Shown: positions 10,185-21,328, numbered from the stretch's first letter. The stretch: 30,504 nucleotides of DNA from Macrostomum lignano (GCA_002269645.1 NIVC01004946.1:1-30504); one strand, 5' to 3'. Notes: a model not told the origin generated them from the letters alone. Made by a program: numbers and translations.

Positions 10185-10466
10185 ATGATCCCATTCCGAA
10201 TCCTGAGATCTCATATCCATAAAATAATCCCAGATCCTCTCTTCCAGATCCCAGATCACTAATCCCACATGTCGCATCCTGACTTCAGATCCCTGATCTC
10301 AAATCCCAAATCGCCCATCCTGATACCAGATTCCAGATCCCTAATCCAGCATCGTGATCCCAAATCCCAAATCCATCCTCCTGATCCCAGATCCAACATC
10401 CTGATCCCAGATCCCACATCACGATCCCAGATCCCACATCATGATCCCAGATACCAAATCCCGCAT
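10185..10466. repeat. Degenerate ATCCCAGATCC-based repeat in TRP-like intron 2
   Basis: Many variant copies of GATCCCAGATCC/AAATCCC. Confidence 0.7.
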
Positions 10467-10479
10467 CACGGTTTCACAG

Positions 10480-11032
10480 GCCACCTCATTCGGGTCAGCC
10501 CGCACCCCACCGACTCCCGCCTGAGCACGGAGGAGATCCACCTGACGCCGTACGCATGCGCCGGTGGTCCCCGTTTCCTGAAGTCGCCGTTCCTTCGCCT
10601 GGTGAACGCTGCCCAGCCGCGCCTCGGCGAGGCTCTGTCGCCGGGCCACCTGCGCTTCTACAGGAGCCGCGTCGCCCGAGCCTACTTCGCCAGCCTTCGC
10701 CCGCTGATTGGCCAGAAAAGCGTCACATTCAGTTCGGCGTTCTCGTACCTGTTCATGTACTTCAGCCTGCTCACCACCCTCACAGTGCGAATTTTCACTC
10801 GCGACACTTTCAATGCTAGCGTGGAAGTTCGAGTGCCCGGGCTCGAGTCCGACTTTTCTTCTGATGGCGGCAACGACAGCTCAGTGATTTCCTACCTGCG
10901 ACTCGTGTCGCCGGAGACCCTGAGCGCATTCCGGTACGTGTTTTATGTACGACTCGTGCTGCAGATTGGCATCTTCGGCTGCTGGGGAGCCTGGATCGGG
11001 ATGAAGATGATCAACCACTACAGCTTGCACAG
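10480..11032 (+). CDS. TRP-like channel, exon 3 (pre-S1, S1, S2)
   Basis: Acceptor tttcacag|GC (phase 1) and donor AG|gttagt (phase 2); hydrophobic segments FSSAFSYLFMYFSLLTTLTV and YVFYVRLVLQIGIFGCWGAWIGM. Confidence 0.85.
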
Positions 11033-11035
11033 GTT

Positions 11036-11888
11036 AGTGTCTTGGATTGAGCACTCCAGTGTCTTGGATTGAGCACTCCAGTGTCTTGGATTGGGCACTC
11101 CCTGTGTCTTGGATTGGGCACTCCCTGTGTCTTGGATTGGGCACTCCCTGTGCCTTGGATTGGGCACTCCTGTCTCTTATATTGGGCACTGCCGTCTCTT
11201 GGGTTTAGCACTCCCGTGTCTTATATTGGGCACTCCCGTGTCTTTGATTGGGCACTGTAGTGTCTTGTATTGGGTACTCCCGTGTCTTGGATTGGGCACT
11301 CCCGTGTCTTGGATTGGGCACTCCCATGTCTTAGATTGGGCGCTCCCCGTGTCTTTGACTGGGCACTGTAGTGTCTAGTATTGGGCACTCCTGTCTCTTA
11401 TATTGGGCACTGCCGTCTCTTGGGTTGGGCACTCCCGTGTCTTTGATTGGGCACTCCCGTGTCTTTGATTCGGCACTCCCGTGTCTTGTATTGAGCACTC
11501 CAGTGTCTTGGATTGAGCACTCCAGTGTCTTGGATTGGGCACTCCCTGTGTCTTGGATTGGGCACTCCCTGTGTCTTGGATTGGGCACTCCCTGTGCCTT
11601 GGATTGGGCACTCCTGTCTCTTATATTGGGCACTGCCGTCTCTTGGGTTTAGCACTCCCGTGTCTTATATTGGGCACTCCCGTGTCTTGGATTGGGCACT
11701 CCCGTGTCTTGGATTGGGCACTCCCATGTCTTAGATTGGGCGCTCCCCGTGTCTTTGACTGGGCACTGTAGTGTCTAGTATTGGGCACTCCTGTCTCTTA
11801 TATTGGGCACTGCCGTCTCTTGGGTTGGGCACTCCCGTGTCTTTGATTGGGCACTCCCGTGTCTTTGATTGGGCACTCCCGTGTCTTA
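11036..11888. repeat. 21-22-bp minisatellite (GTGTCTTGGATTGGGCACTCC), ~40 copies, with a 444-bp higher-order duplication, in TRP-like intron 3
   Basis: Direct reading; near-identical ORF pairs 11069/11513 and 11091/11535 are offset by 444 bp. Confidence 0.95.
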
Positions 11889-11968
11889 CATTAAGCAATC
11901 CGAGCAAAATGCTTGCATTTCTACTGTCAGTAGCTGCTCTCATACCGTGCAGTTGAAAATCCTCGCAG

Positions 11969-12368
11969 GTCAGCCAGAAGAGACTGGCTGGGCGCTCGCT
12001 GGCTCAGCAGCTCCGTCACAATGCGTAGAGACGTGTTCGACGGTGTAATGCTGAGCTTTGTGCTCATGCAGCTGGTCGCCCTGCTGCTCGAGCAGCTGTT
12101 CTTCATCGACCTGGCCGGCAGCTACTCAGCTACAGACGATCCGCAGGTGTTTTACGTCAATAAAAGTCGGCTACAGGTTGGCATAGTAACCACCTGCACA
12201 TACCTGCTGGTGATGCTGCTGGTGATGATGTGCGACATGTCCCTGCATCACAGGATATTTTTCTACGTGCTGTACAGTCTGAACGTGTCCTCGAAGATGG
12301 TGTACCTGATCTGCGCGCCAATATTTATGGTGGGCTGCACTCTGCTGCTCAGCCAGCCGTTCATTCCA
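11969..12368 (+). CDS. TRP-like channel, exon 4 (S3, S4, S5)
   Basis: Acceptor cctcgcag|G (phase 2), in frame with ORF 12021; donor CCA|gtgagt (phase 0); three hydrophobic helices. Confidence 0.85.
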
Positions 12369-12497
12369 GTGAGTAGTGCGCTTGTTGGGGCAATGAGGAT
12401 ATGTGAGTAGATTTTTTATGTTGTCGGACTATATGGACTCAAGCTGAGTCATTCTTTACTATTTTTAAAGCTATTAGTTAACTCTAACTGTGACTCA

Positions 12498-14051
12498 CAA
12501 TCAATCACCAATCACCATCCAATCACCATCCAATCACCATCCAATCACCATCCAATTACCACCCAATCACCATCCAATCACCATATAATAGCCATCCAAT
12601 CACCATCCAATCACCATCCAATCACCACCCAATCACCATTCAATCACCATCCAATTACCACCCAATCACCATCCAATTACCACCCAATCACCATCCAATC
12701 ACAATCCAATTACCATCCAATTACCACCCAATCACCATCCAATCACCATATAATAGCCATCCAATCACCATCCAATCACAATCCAATTACCATCCAATCA
12801 CCATCCAATCACCACCCAATCACCATCCAATCACCATCCAATTACCACCCAATCACCATCCAATCACCATATAATAGCCATCCAATCACCATCCAATCAC
12901 CACCCAATCACCATCCAATCACCATCCAATCACCATCCAATCACCATCCAATTACCACCCAATCACCATCCAATCACCATCCAATCACCAATCACCACCC
13001 AATCACCATCCAATCACCACCCAATCACCATCCAATCACCATCCAATCACCATCCAGTCACCATCCAATCACCAATCACCACCCAATCACCATCCAATCA
13101 CCATCCAATCACCATCCAATCACCATCCAATCACCATCCAATCACCATCCAATCACCATCCAGTCACCATCCAATCACCATCCAATCACCATCCAATCAC
13201 CATCCAATCACCATCCAATCACCAATCACCATCCAATCACCATCCAATCATATCCAATCACCATCCAATCATATCCAATCACCATCCAATCACCATCCAA
13301 TCACCCAATCACCATCCAATCACCATCCAATCACCATCCAGTCACCATCCAATCACCATCCAATCACCATCCAATCACCAATCACCACCCAATCACCATC
13401 CAATCACCAATCACCACCCAATCACCATCCAATCACCATCCAATCACCATCCAATCACCATCCAATCACCATCCAGTCACCATCCAGTCACCATCCAGTC
13501 ACCATCCAGTCACCATCCAGTCACCATCCAGTCACCATCCAGTCACCATCCAGTCACCATCCAGTCACCATCCAGTCACCATCCAATCACCAATCACCAT
13601 CCAATCACCATCCAATCACCATCCAATCACCAATCACCACCCAATCACCATCCAATCACCATCCAATCACCATCCAATCACCATCCAATCACCATCCAGT
13701 CACCATCCAGTCACCATCCAGTCACCATCCAGTCACCATCCAGTCACCATCCAGTCACCATCCAGTCACCATCCAGTCACCATCCAGTCACCATCCAGTC
13801 ACCATCCAGTCACCATCCAGTCACCATCCAATCACCAATCACCATCCAATCACCATCCAATCATATCCAATCACCATCCAATCACCAATCACCACCCAAT
13901 CACCATCCAATCACCATCCAATCACCATCCAGTCACCATCCAATCACCATCCAATCACCATCCAATCACCAATCACCACCCAATCACCATCCAATCACCA
14001 TCCAATCACCATCCAGTCACCATCCAGTCACCATCCAGTCACCATCCAATC
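12498..14051. repeat. 11-bp minisatellite (ATCCAATCACC / ATCCAGTCACC), ~140 copies, in TRP-like intron 4
   Basis: Direct reading. Confidence 0.97.
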
Positions 14052-14082
14052 GCCATGAAATCGCAACCCGCAAATTTGTCAG

Positions 14083-14571
14083 ACCGACTGCAGCCGCTGG
14101 GCCTGCGTCCCGGACTTCGTGATTCGCACATTTCGATACACCTTCGGCTTGACGGAGTTCCGCGGCCTCGCCGACTACCTAGTGCTGTGGCCGCAGGCCA
14201 TTGTCTACCTGTGCGTGGCGGTGTTCACTCTGAACTTCGGCGTGGCGATGCTCACCCAGCAGATTGCTCTGCTGCAGGACTCGGTGGAGTTCCGCCAGCA
14301 CATGCTCCTGGCCTACATTGTGCACCAGTTCGAGACGGCTCGTCGCCAGGTGACCCGCCTGACCCTGCCGGCTCGGGTGCTGCGCCTCATTGACGACAGG
14401 AACGGCGAGGCGGTGTCGCTGGTGCTCACCCGGCTGCGGGCTCGAGCAGCGGACTGCCGCGGCGGCTGCGGCGGTGACACCAGCGAGGAGGACGATGGCG
14501 AGGACGAGGACAGTGACCTGGGCGTGACGGCGGTAGCGAGGGCGGCGAGGGCGCGAGCGGTGCTTGGCTGA
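14083..14571 (+). CDS. TRP-like channel, exon 5 (pore loop, S6, TRP-like helix, acidic tail, stop)
   Basis: Acceptor tttgtcag|ACC (phase 0). Pore-like FVIRTFRYTFGLTEF, S6 AIVYLCVAVFTLNFGVAMLTQ (compare LNLLIAMM), TGA at 14569-14571. The five exons total 2196 nt, a multiple of 3. Confidence 0.85.
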   Translation, partial: TDCSRWACVPDFVIRTFRYTFGLTEFRGLADYLVLWPQAIVYLCVAVFTLNFGVAMLTQQIALLQDSVEFRQHMLLAYIVHQFETARRQVTRLTLPARVLRLIDDRNGEAVSLVLTRLRARAADCRGGCGGDTSEEDDGEDEDSDLGVTAVARAARARAVLG

Positions 14572-14612
14572 TGAAGGGAGACCGATGAGGATTCTGTAGC
14601 TCTGATGAGGAT

Positions 14613-14834
<222 letters not shown>

Positions 14835-15014
14835 CCTCATAATGAAGCAACTATGGAAGCAGTATGAAGCAATGTCTGTTTTTCAAGAGTTTTTACGTGA
14901 AACAGTGCCATCAGAGAAGTGTGATATTTACGGCTCTGTACGAGGACAAAGCAAATTAACCGTCTTGTGAACAAAATCTGTATACTGCTACACACTTTCC
15001 AATTTAATATTAAG

Positions 15015-15333
15015 AGTAATAATAATAAAATAATCATAATATAATAACTGATTACACCTGCCCCAATGGGCAGATGTGCAACCGACAGCTCAGCCGCAGC
15101 TATTGCGCGGCGCATCTGAAGGCTGCGTACGGCTGTTCAGTCCAAGGACTGGGGGTCGCCACCCTCAGTTACCCCAGCTAATGCTGGTAACCCATTTTAC
15201 AACTGGGTTAACCGAAGCAATACAGAGTTAAGTGTCTTGCTCAAGGACACAAATTGTTCCGAGTGGGATCGGGAATCGAACCCCCGACCTTCCGGTCGTG
15301 AGTCCGATGCTCTAACCACTAGGCTGCAGCCCC
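15015..15333 (-). mobile_element. tRNA-derived SINE with a CORE/MIR-like central domain and (ATT)-rich tail
   Basis: Minus strand: GGGGCTGCAGCCTAGTGGTTAGAGC (A box), GGTTCGATTCC (B box), TGTGTCCTTGAGCAAGACACTTAACTCT...TGTAAAATGGG (similar to the MIR core TGTGTGACCTTGGGCAAGTTACTTAACCTCT...TGTAAAATGGG), and an ATT-rich tail. Confidence 0.85.
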
Positions 15334-15477
15334 TGTAGACTACAATTCAATACATCATGACATTTCATCATGCTCATGAAACCCGAGCAGACATTTTGTC
15401 TGCAGCATGTAAGTGGAAAATGTTATTCAATGAATATTTGAGATGAGAAACCCCACTTAGTAACAACCACACTGTGG

Positions 15478-16055
15478 CATTCCTCACATTCCTCAAATTC
15501 CTTAGATTCTCCACATTCTTTACATTCCTTACATTCTCCACATTCTCCACATTCCTTACATTCCCCACATTCCTTGCATTCCCCACATTCCTTACATTCT
15601 CCACATTCCTTACATTCCCCACATTCCTTACATTTTCCACATTCCTTACATTCCCCACATTCCTTACATTCCCCACATTCCTTACATTTTCCACATTCCT
15701 TACATTCTCCACATTCCTTACATTCTCCACATTCCTTACATTCTCCACATTCCTTACATTCTCCACATTCCTCACATTCCTCACATTCCTTAGATTCCCC
15801 ACATTCCTTACATTCCTCACATTCCTCACATTCCTCACATTCCTCACATTCCTCACATTCCTTAGATTCCCCACATTCCTTACATTCTCCACATTCCTTA
15901 CATTCTCCACATTCCTTACATTCTCCACATTCCTTACATTCTCCACATTCCTTACATTCTCCACATTCCTCACATTCCTCACATTCCTTAGATTCCCCAC
16001 ATTCCTTACATTCCTTACATTCCTTACATTCCTCACATTCCTCACATTCCCACAT
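15478..16055. repeat. 9/18-bp minisatellite ([C/T]ACATTCCT variants), ~64 nine-bp units
   Basis: Direct reading; source of ORFs 15374, 15423, 15474 and 15574. Confidence 0.95.
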
Positions 16056-16275
16056 TCCCCAAATCTCACACCACTAGACAAGCACAACTGGTTTGTTAAG
16101 CTGCATCAGGTTAATATTTTACAGTTTTGTATCTATGAAGTGCAGTCATAAGTCGGCAGTGACAATCACTGACTCGGCACTCGTGACTCGGCAGAGCAAT
16201 CAATCCGCAGCATCTCAGCACTAATTTCTCAGCGCACGCCCCGACATCGCATCGACATAAAGGCCGGCAGGTCTT

Positions 16276-16365
16276 CGCGGTCAGGTAGGGCACCCAGCAC
16301 CGCGTTCAAACCACCGAACAGCGGCGGACATCGGGAACCAAAGACCGCAGAGGTAGACGAACTGG
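16276..16365 (-). mobile_element. Short decayed fragment of the same RTE-like LINE family
   Basis: Minus strand CAGTTCGTCTACCTCTGCGGTCT...GCCCTACCTGACCGC resembles CAGTTCGTCTGCCTCGGCGGTCT...GCCCTGCCTGACCGC of the 3925-4680 element. Confidence 0.55.
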
Positions 16366-16451
16366 GTAGGCGCTGGTCCAGTCCAACTCACCAGAGGTCC
16401 TTGTCTTCATGCTACAGGATCAGGTGAAATCCTAATCATGCTCACTTGCAG

Positions 16452-16858
16452 CTTCAGTCGCTTGGATGGTACTCGTAAACTCGTGCGGCGTTATCAAGAG
16501 CAACTTCTTGACGATTGCGAGGAACACTTCGAGCCCTACAACTCAAGCAGATCAGAAAGGAGGAGGATGTGCAATGATTTTTGGCTGGTTTCCGTGCATC
16601 GCTCTTGCGGCCTCAGTTCAGTTCGGCGGGTTCTTGGACAACTGCACAGCATCAATTTAACACAGATCCCAGAGCAAACTCATCAGCCAAAATTTGAGCA
16701 CTGCTCCAGCTCCGGCCACACAGAGAGACAAGAATCTTTCGTCAGCGCTGGAGAAATAAATATTCATTTCAGTACACCTCACAAAGACAGGTTTTATTCA
16801 ACAGAAACTTATTTTCGCGTCGATCAAATTCCGATTGTGCAGAGCGGAGTGGACAACG
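16452..16858 (+). CDS. Probable exon of the CUB-like single-pass membrane protein
   Basis: Open frame (ORF 16438) preceded by CTAAT..cttgcag and ending at a strong donor G|gtaagt; Cys-containing, with a C-terminal EINIHFS..FY strand reminiscent of a CUB end. The 5' boundary is uncertain. Confidence 0.45.
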
Positions 16859-16937
16859 GTAAGTCCGGTTCTCCTCTCAGAGCATCAGCTGCACCTCAAG
16901 TAGCACTCCAGCACCTCAATTAACTTCGCTGCTTCAG

Positions 16938-17372
16938 TCTGCTCAAAACTCAAGCTGCAGTCCCGAAGCCAGCCGCCGGTGACGAAGACCCCGACAGGAC
17001 AGCGACTCGTTCACGTCAAGCAGACGGTGCTGCACGCGGACTCGGACTGCCACACAAGAGTCGCCTCAGTGCTGCTAAAGGCGGCCAGTAATGTAAGACT
17101 GAACTGTGGTGGCCAGAGCACTTCATGTTAACACAGCTCACATACTTGTTGACACAGCGTGCTGTCTCTACGCATTCCAGTCATTCCGCGGCACCAAGCT
17201 TCAGGTGTCGGTCAACCGCACGAACAGCACCGGTAGACTGGTGGTGATGGCGGATGACTCGGTGACCTCAGTGCGGTGCTGGAATGGACCAGACACAATG
17301 AGCCAGTAGCAGTGGTGGCCGAGTGGACTGGGGGCTTCACTGCCACACTGGAGCAGCTCAGCTGGATCCAAG
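16938..17372 (+). CDS. Probable exon(s) of the CUB-like membrane protein; possible small intron 17093-17157; frameshifted
   Basis: Acceptor ttaac..cttcag|TC is phase-compatible. VCSKLKLQ...VASVLLKAASN; CCLYAFQSFRGTKLQVSVN...VRCWNG; VAVVAEWTGGFTATLEQLSWIQ; donor G|gtgag at 17372/17373. Confidence 0.5.
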
Positions 17373-18067
17373 GTGAGACCATCGAGTACACGTGTTCCAA
17401 ATGCTCTACCTTGTACACCTGTCGTAACCCGGGTCGGTGACGCTCGCTGCGGCTCGAGGTGTGGTGACACTCTCGAGTGCTTATACAGCGGGTTATATAT
17501 ATACAAGCTCCCCAGAAAAGAGTGCACTCAAGCAGGCGACTTACCAGTGGCTAAATTACTGTTCGCACGTTTATTGATTTTGCTCGTAGGTCTCAAGCGC
17601 AGCTTCTGAATTTTTCTCAATTCTCAAAGACTGATTTCTCAATAGGGCTCTTGTGTTTCTTTGATCTAGGTAGCTAATATCGCTGTTTCTTACTTGAGTC
17701 AAGTCTCGCTTGCAATCTCGGAGCGCTCAAAAACACAAAAAACCGCCCTCTGATTTCCCATTAACGCCCGCAAAGCATGGGTATTAATGTACTATTGTCT
17801 ATTCGACAAATAGAGACTGGCCGCGCCGGCCAGCCAATCAAAACCCCGCACCCGCGCCAAAGCCGGCCCGGCCGCAGCCAACCAGCCCTGAGCACGGGGC
17901 AGGGGGCAAGGCTGGGGAGGGGCACGCGCAAAGCCCTGCCGCCGGCCAGACCCTGCCCGCCAACCCCCCTAGCCAGCCCCAAAGTGCAACGCGCCCTGCC
18001 AACCGACAAGGGCGCATGCACTTGAAAACCTGAGACCTCATCGTGAGCCTACTACTCACAATTGCAG

Positions 18068-18530
18068 ACGGGTTGTTTCTGTGTCCCACCTACAAGCCGG
18101 GTGCAAACGGCAGGTCGTGGATCTCCAGTCTGCCACTCGTGACTGATTCGACAAGCCAGGTGTTCTACTGCCAGCTCACGGCGTCGCCGCCTGCTGGCAA
18201 AGACCTCATTGTGCAGGCGCTGCTGCCACTCACTGGACAGTCTGTGGAACAGCTGTGCTCATACATGAGCAATGCGTCATTTGTGCAGCCTCACCTGAGT
18301 ATCATCGTGTCTGCAGGAAACGGATCGGACGAGAAGCAAGTGACTTCTCTGTGCGATGGCGACATGCCAGGTATTCTAGCAGCTGGCAGCAAAGTCCGAG
18401 TGCCCTCAGGCAGCTCAGTCACAATCGATCTCATCGCTACTCACCTTGCACGGAGAGCTGCTCAACCAGACGAGCGTCGCTGGCTCGTCGCTCAGACGGC
18501 TGGCCACTGCTCAGATCGTGGTGCGGCAAG
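18068..18530 (+). CDS. CUB-like membrane protein exon (frameshift near the 3' end)
   Basis: Acceptor aattgcag|AC (phase 1, matching the previous exon). DGLFLCP...FYCQLT...LCDG...VTIDL...ESCS...LLRSWCGK; donor AAG|gtgagt. Confidence 0.65.
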
Positions 18531-18617
18531 GTGAGTTTAACTTTCTCAATCAGTCACCTGACCATTAATGCATTTCGAGCGGACTCGAGCTCGTGGCGGG
18601 CGATCGGTCCGGATCAG

Positions 18618-19071
18618 ATTGGCAGCTCGCTCAGCGTCGGGCGTGGAAACAGCCAGACGGACTGCGCATTCAGAGTGGACGCCGCCTCCGTCGTTCGCGT
18701 CGCGCGTGGCCTCCTTGGAACCGGAGTGGGAAAAGATCGGCCAGCCGGGGCGAGCCTTGAACGCGCGTGCTGGAGGCTGGAGTGACGATGCGGCACTTCC
18801 GCACAGCCTGCGGCCTCAACCTGGCCTGGGTGAGCGTCTCCCAGTGGGACTCTGTGGCGGAGGCCATCGTGCACATACGGAAGGAGATCTGCGGCAACGC
18901 CAGCTTCAGCTTGAGCCTCATCACTGTCGGCACGCAGCCGCGCAGGGACAGCGGACTGAGTGTGGTGTACACCGGCCTGAGGTCCGGCTTTGCTGCTCAC
19001 TTTTCTCTCTGCGTGCGCGTGCGAGGCCGCCGAGCAGCAGACGGAGGCTGGAGGCAGAGCTGCTCATTCCG
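18618..19071 (+). CDS. CUB-like membrane protein exon (one frameshift)
   Basis: Acceptor ggatcag|ATT. SQTDCAFRV, then after a frame change VLEAGVTMRHFRTACG...LSVVYTG...WRQSCSF; donor CG|gtgagt (phase 2). Confidence 0.6.
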
Positions 19072-19120
19072 GTGAGTTCAGGGAGTTGCTTTTGCTGTTC
19101 CTGCTGTTGCTTTTGCAACA

Positions 19121-19377
19121 GCACAGACTGCAGCAGCTGCTGGATGCCACCGATGCAACAGCACAGACTGCAGCAGCTGCTGGATGCCACCGATGCAACA
19201 GCACAGACTGCAGCAGCTGCTGGATGCCACCGATGCAACAGCACAGACTGCAGCAGCTGCTGGATGCCACCGATGCAACAGCACAGACTGCAGCAGCTGC
19301 TGGATGCCACCGATGCAACAGCACAGACTGCAGCAGCTGCTGGATGCCACCGATGCAACAGCACAGACTGCAGCAGC
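19121..19377 (+). repeat. Perfect 40-bp tandem repeat, 6 full copies plus a partial seventh, exonic
   Basis: The unit GCACAGACTGCAGCAGCTGCTGGATGCCACCGATGCAACA starts at 19121, 19161, 19201, 19241, 19281, 19321 and (partial) 19361. Confidence 0.97.
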
Positions 19378-19530
19378 CCTGCAACCCGAATTTCAGAGGC
19401 AGCTGCCGACTCTGCGACGGTGGCGGCATTGGGAGCGGCGCTGCTCTTTTTCAGCGCCGGCATCGCGTGGCTGCTGCTCGGCTCGTGGGTCCGGACTCGA
19501 GCCCGGCAGCTCACCTGCAGTAGCCAATGA
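19122..19530 (+). CDS. Last exon of the CUB-like protein: repeat-encoded stalk, transmembrane helix, short tail, stop
   Basis: A 50-nt intron with a pyrimidine tract ends ttttgcaacag|C (phase 2 match). TDCSS...SATVAALGAALLFFSAGIAWLLLGSWVRTRARQLTCSSQ*. Confidence 0.7.
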
Positions 19531-19566
19531 GTCAGCCGGCTGATGTGGGTGATAAAAACCCACTCA

Positions 19567-19634
19567 AAGTAAACCTGAAGTAAACCTGAAGTAAACATGA
19601 AGTAAACCTGAAGTAAACATGAAGTAAACATGAA
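19567..19634. repeat. 11-bp repeat (AAGTAAAC[C/A]TG), ~6 copies, in the presumed 3' UTR
   Basis: Direct reading. Confidence 0.9.
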
Positions 19635-20085
19635 GCAAACTCCCACTAACTCTGCTCATCTCAGTGTTATGAATAATTTAACAGTTCATTTAGTGCTCAA
19701 TGCAAACTTTTCGTTGCGTTTTGCGCCACGTACGGGTAGCGATTGAGACTGTGGCTGCAATACCAATTTGTCAGTGACCCATTGATTTGTCTGCATTGCC
19801 TAAATGAGCGATGTGATTCAAAGGATAAAACTGTTTACATGGCATTAAATTACTTTGACAGAAAATTGTTTAAGTTCCAAGGCCACATCTCTCTCTCTGT
19901 ATTTCTTGATATATGACTAATAAATAATGCAGTTTCAAAGACGTCAATCAATGTTTTTATTGACAGTGCTGTGCTCACCCGCCTATGAGCAGGAGTCTAG
20001 AGGTGGCAGCAGTACGCAGTGTAACTATAAGTCAGCCTGCCTGCTGAACTTCAGCCTGTGGGCTTAAAACTTTGGCTCAATTCTT

Positions 20086-20760
20086 GTCTGTCTGTCTGTC
20101 TGTCTGCCTGTCTGTGTGCCTGTCTGCCTGTCTGTGTGTCTGTCTGCCTGTCTGTGTGTCTGTCTGCCTGTCTGTGTCTGTCTGCCTGTCTGTGTGTCTG
20201 TCTGTCTGTCTGTCTGCCTGTCTGTCTGCCTGTCTGTGTGTCTGTCTGTCTGTCTCTGTGTGTCTGTCTGTCTGCCTGTCTGTGTGTCTGTCTCTGTGTC
20301 TGTCTGTCTGTCTGTGTGTCTGTCTGTCTGTCCGTCCGTCCGTCTGTCTTTCTGTATGTCTGTCTGTCTGTCTGACTGTCAGTCTGTCTATGTGTCTGTC
20401 TGTCTGTGTGTCTGTCTGTCTGTCCGTCCGTCCATCCGTCTGTCTTTCTGTATGTCTGTCGGTCTGTCTGTCTGTCCGTCCGTCCGTCTGTCTTTCTGTA
20501 CGTCTGTCTGTCTGTCTTAGTGTCTGTCTGTCTGTCTTAGTGTCTGTCTGTCTGTCTCTGTGTGTCTGTCTCTCTGTCTCTGTGTGTCTGTCTGTCTGTC
20601 CGTCCGTCCGTCTGTCTTTCTGTATGTCTGTGTCTTTCTGTCTGTCTGTCTGTCCGTCCGTCTGTCTTTCTGTCTGTCGGTCTGCCTGTCTGTCTGTCTG
20701 TCTGTCTGTCTATGTGTCTGTCTGTCTCTGTGTGTCTGTCTGTCTGTCTGTCTGTCTTAG

Positions 20761-20799
<39 letters not shown>

Positions 20800-21284
20800 G
20801 TGTCTGTCTGTCTGCCTGTCTGTGTGTCTGTCTCTGTGTCTGTCTGTCTGTCTGTGTGTCTGTCTGTCTGTCCGTCCGTCCGTCTGTCTTTCTGTATGTC
20901 TGTCTGTCTGTCTGACTGCCAGTCTGTCTATGTGTCTGTCTGTCTGTGTGTCTGTCTGTCTGTCCGTCCGTCCATCCTGTCTGTCTGTTCTGTCTGTCTG
21001 TCGTCCGTCTGTCTGTCTTTCTGTCCGTCTGTCGTCCGTCTGTCTTTCTGTACGTCTGTCTGTCTGTCTTAGTGTCTGTCTGTCTGTCTTAGTGTCTGTC
21101 TGTCTGTCTCTGTGTGTCTGTCTCTCTGTCTCTGTGTGTCTGTCTGTCTGTCCGTCCGTCCGTCTGTCTTTCTGTATGTCTGTGTCTTTCTGTCTGTCTG
21201 TCTGTCCGTCCGTCTGTCTTTCTGTCTGTCGGTCTGCCTGTCTGTCTGTCTGTCTGTCTGTCTATGTGTCTGTCTGTCTCTGTG

Positions 21285-21325
<41 letters not shown>

Positions 21326-21328
21326 TAG

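Noticed and set aside
15260-15333. tRNA gene (A and B boxes on the minus strand)
   Set aside because: There is no proper acceptor stem or terminator, and the sequence continues into a CORE-like SINE body, so it is a SINE head.
15423-16055. 210-aa ATG-initiated Cys-rich ORF (ECKECG)n resembling a metallothionein
   Set aside because: It is a direct translation of a 9-bp minisatellite that is open in several frames on both strands, with no splice, promoter or unique-sequence support. Only ribosome profiling or proteomics could rescue it.
15478-16055. Telomeric or subtelomeric repeat
   Set aside because: The unit AGGAATGT[G/A] does not match TTAGGG-type repeats, and genes flank it on both sides.
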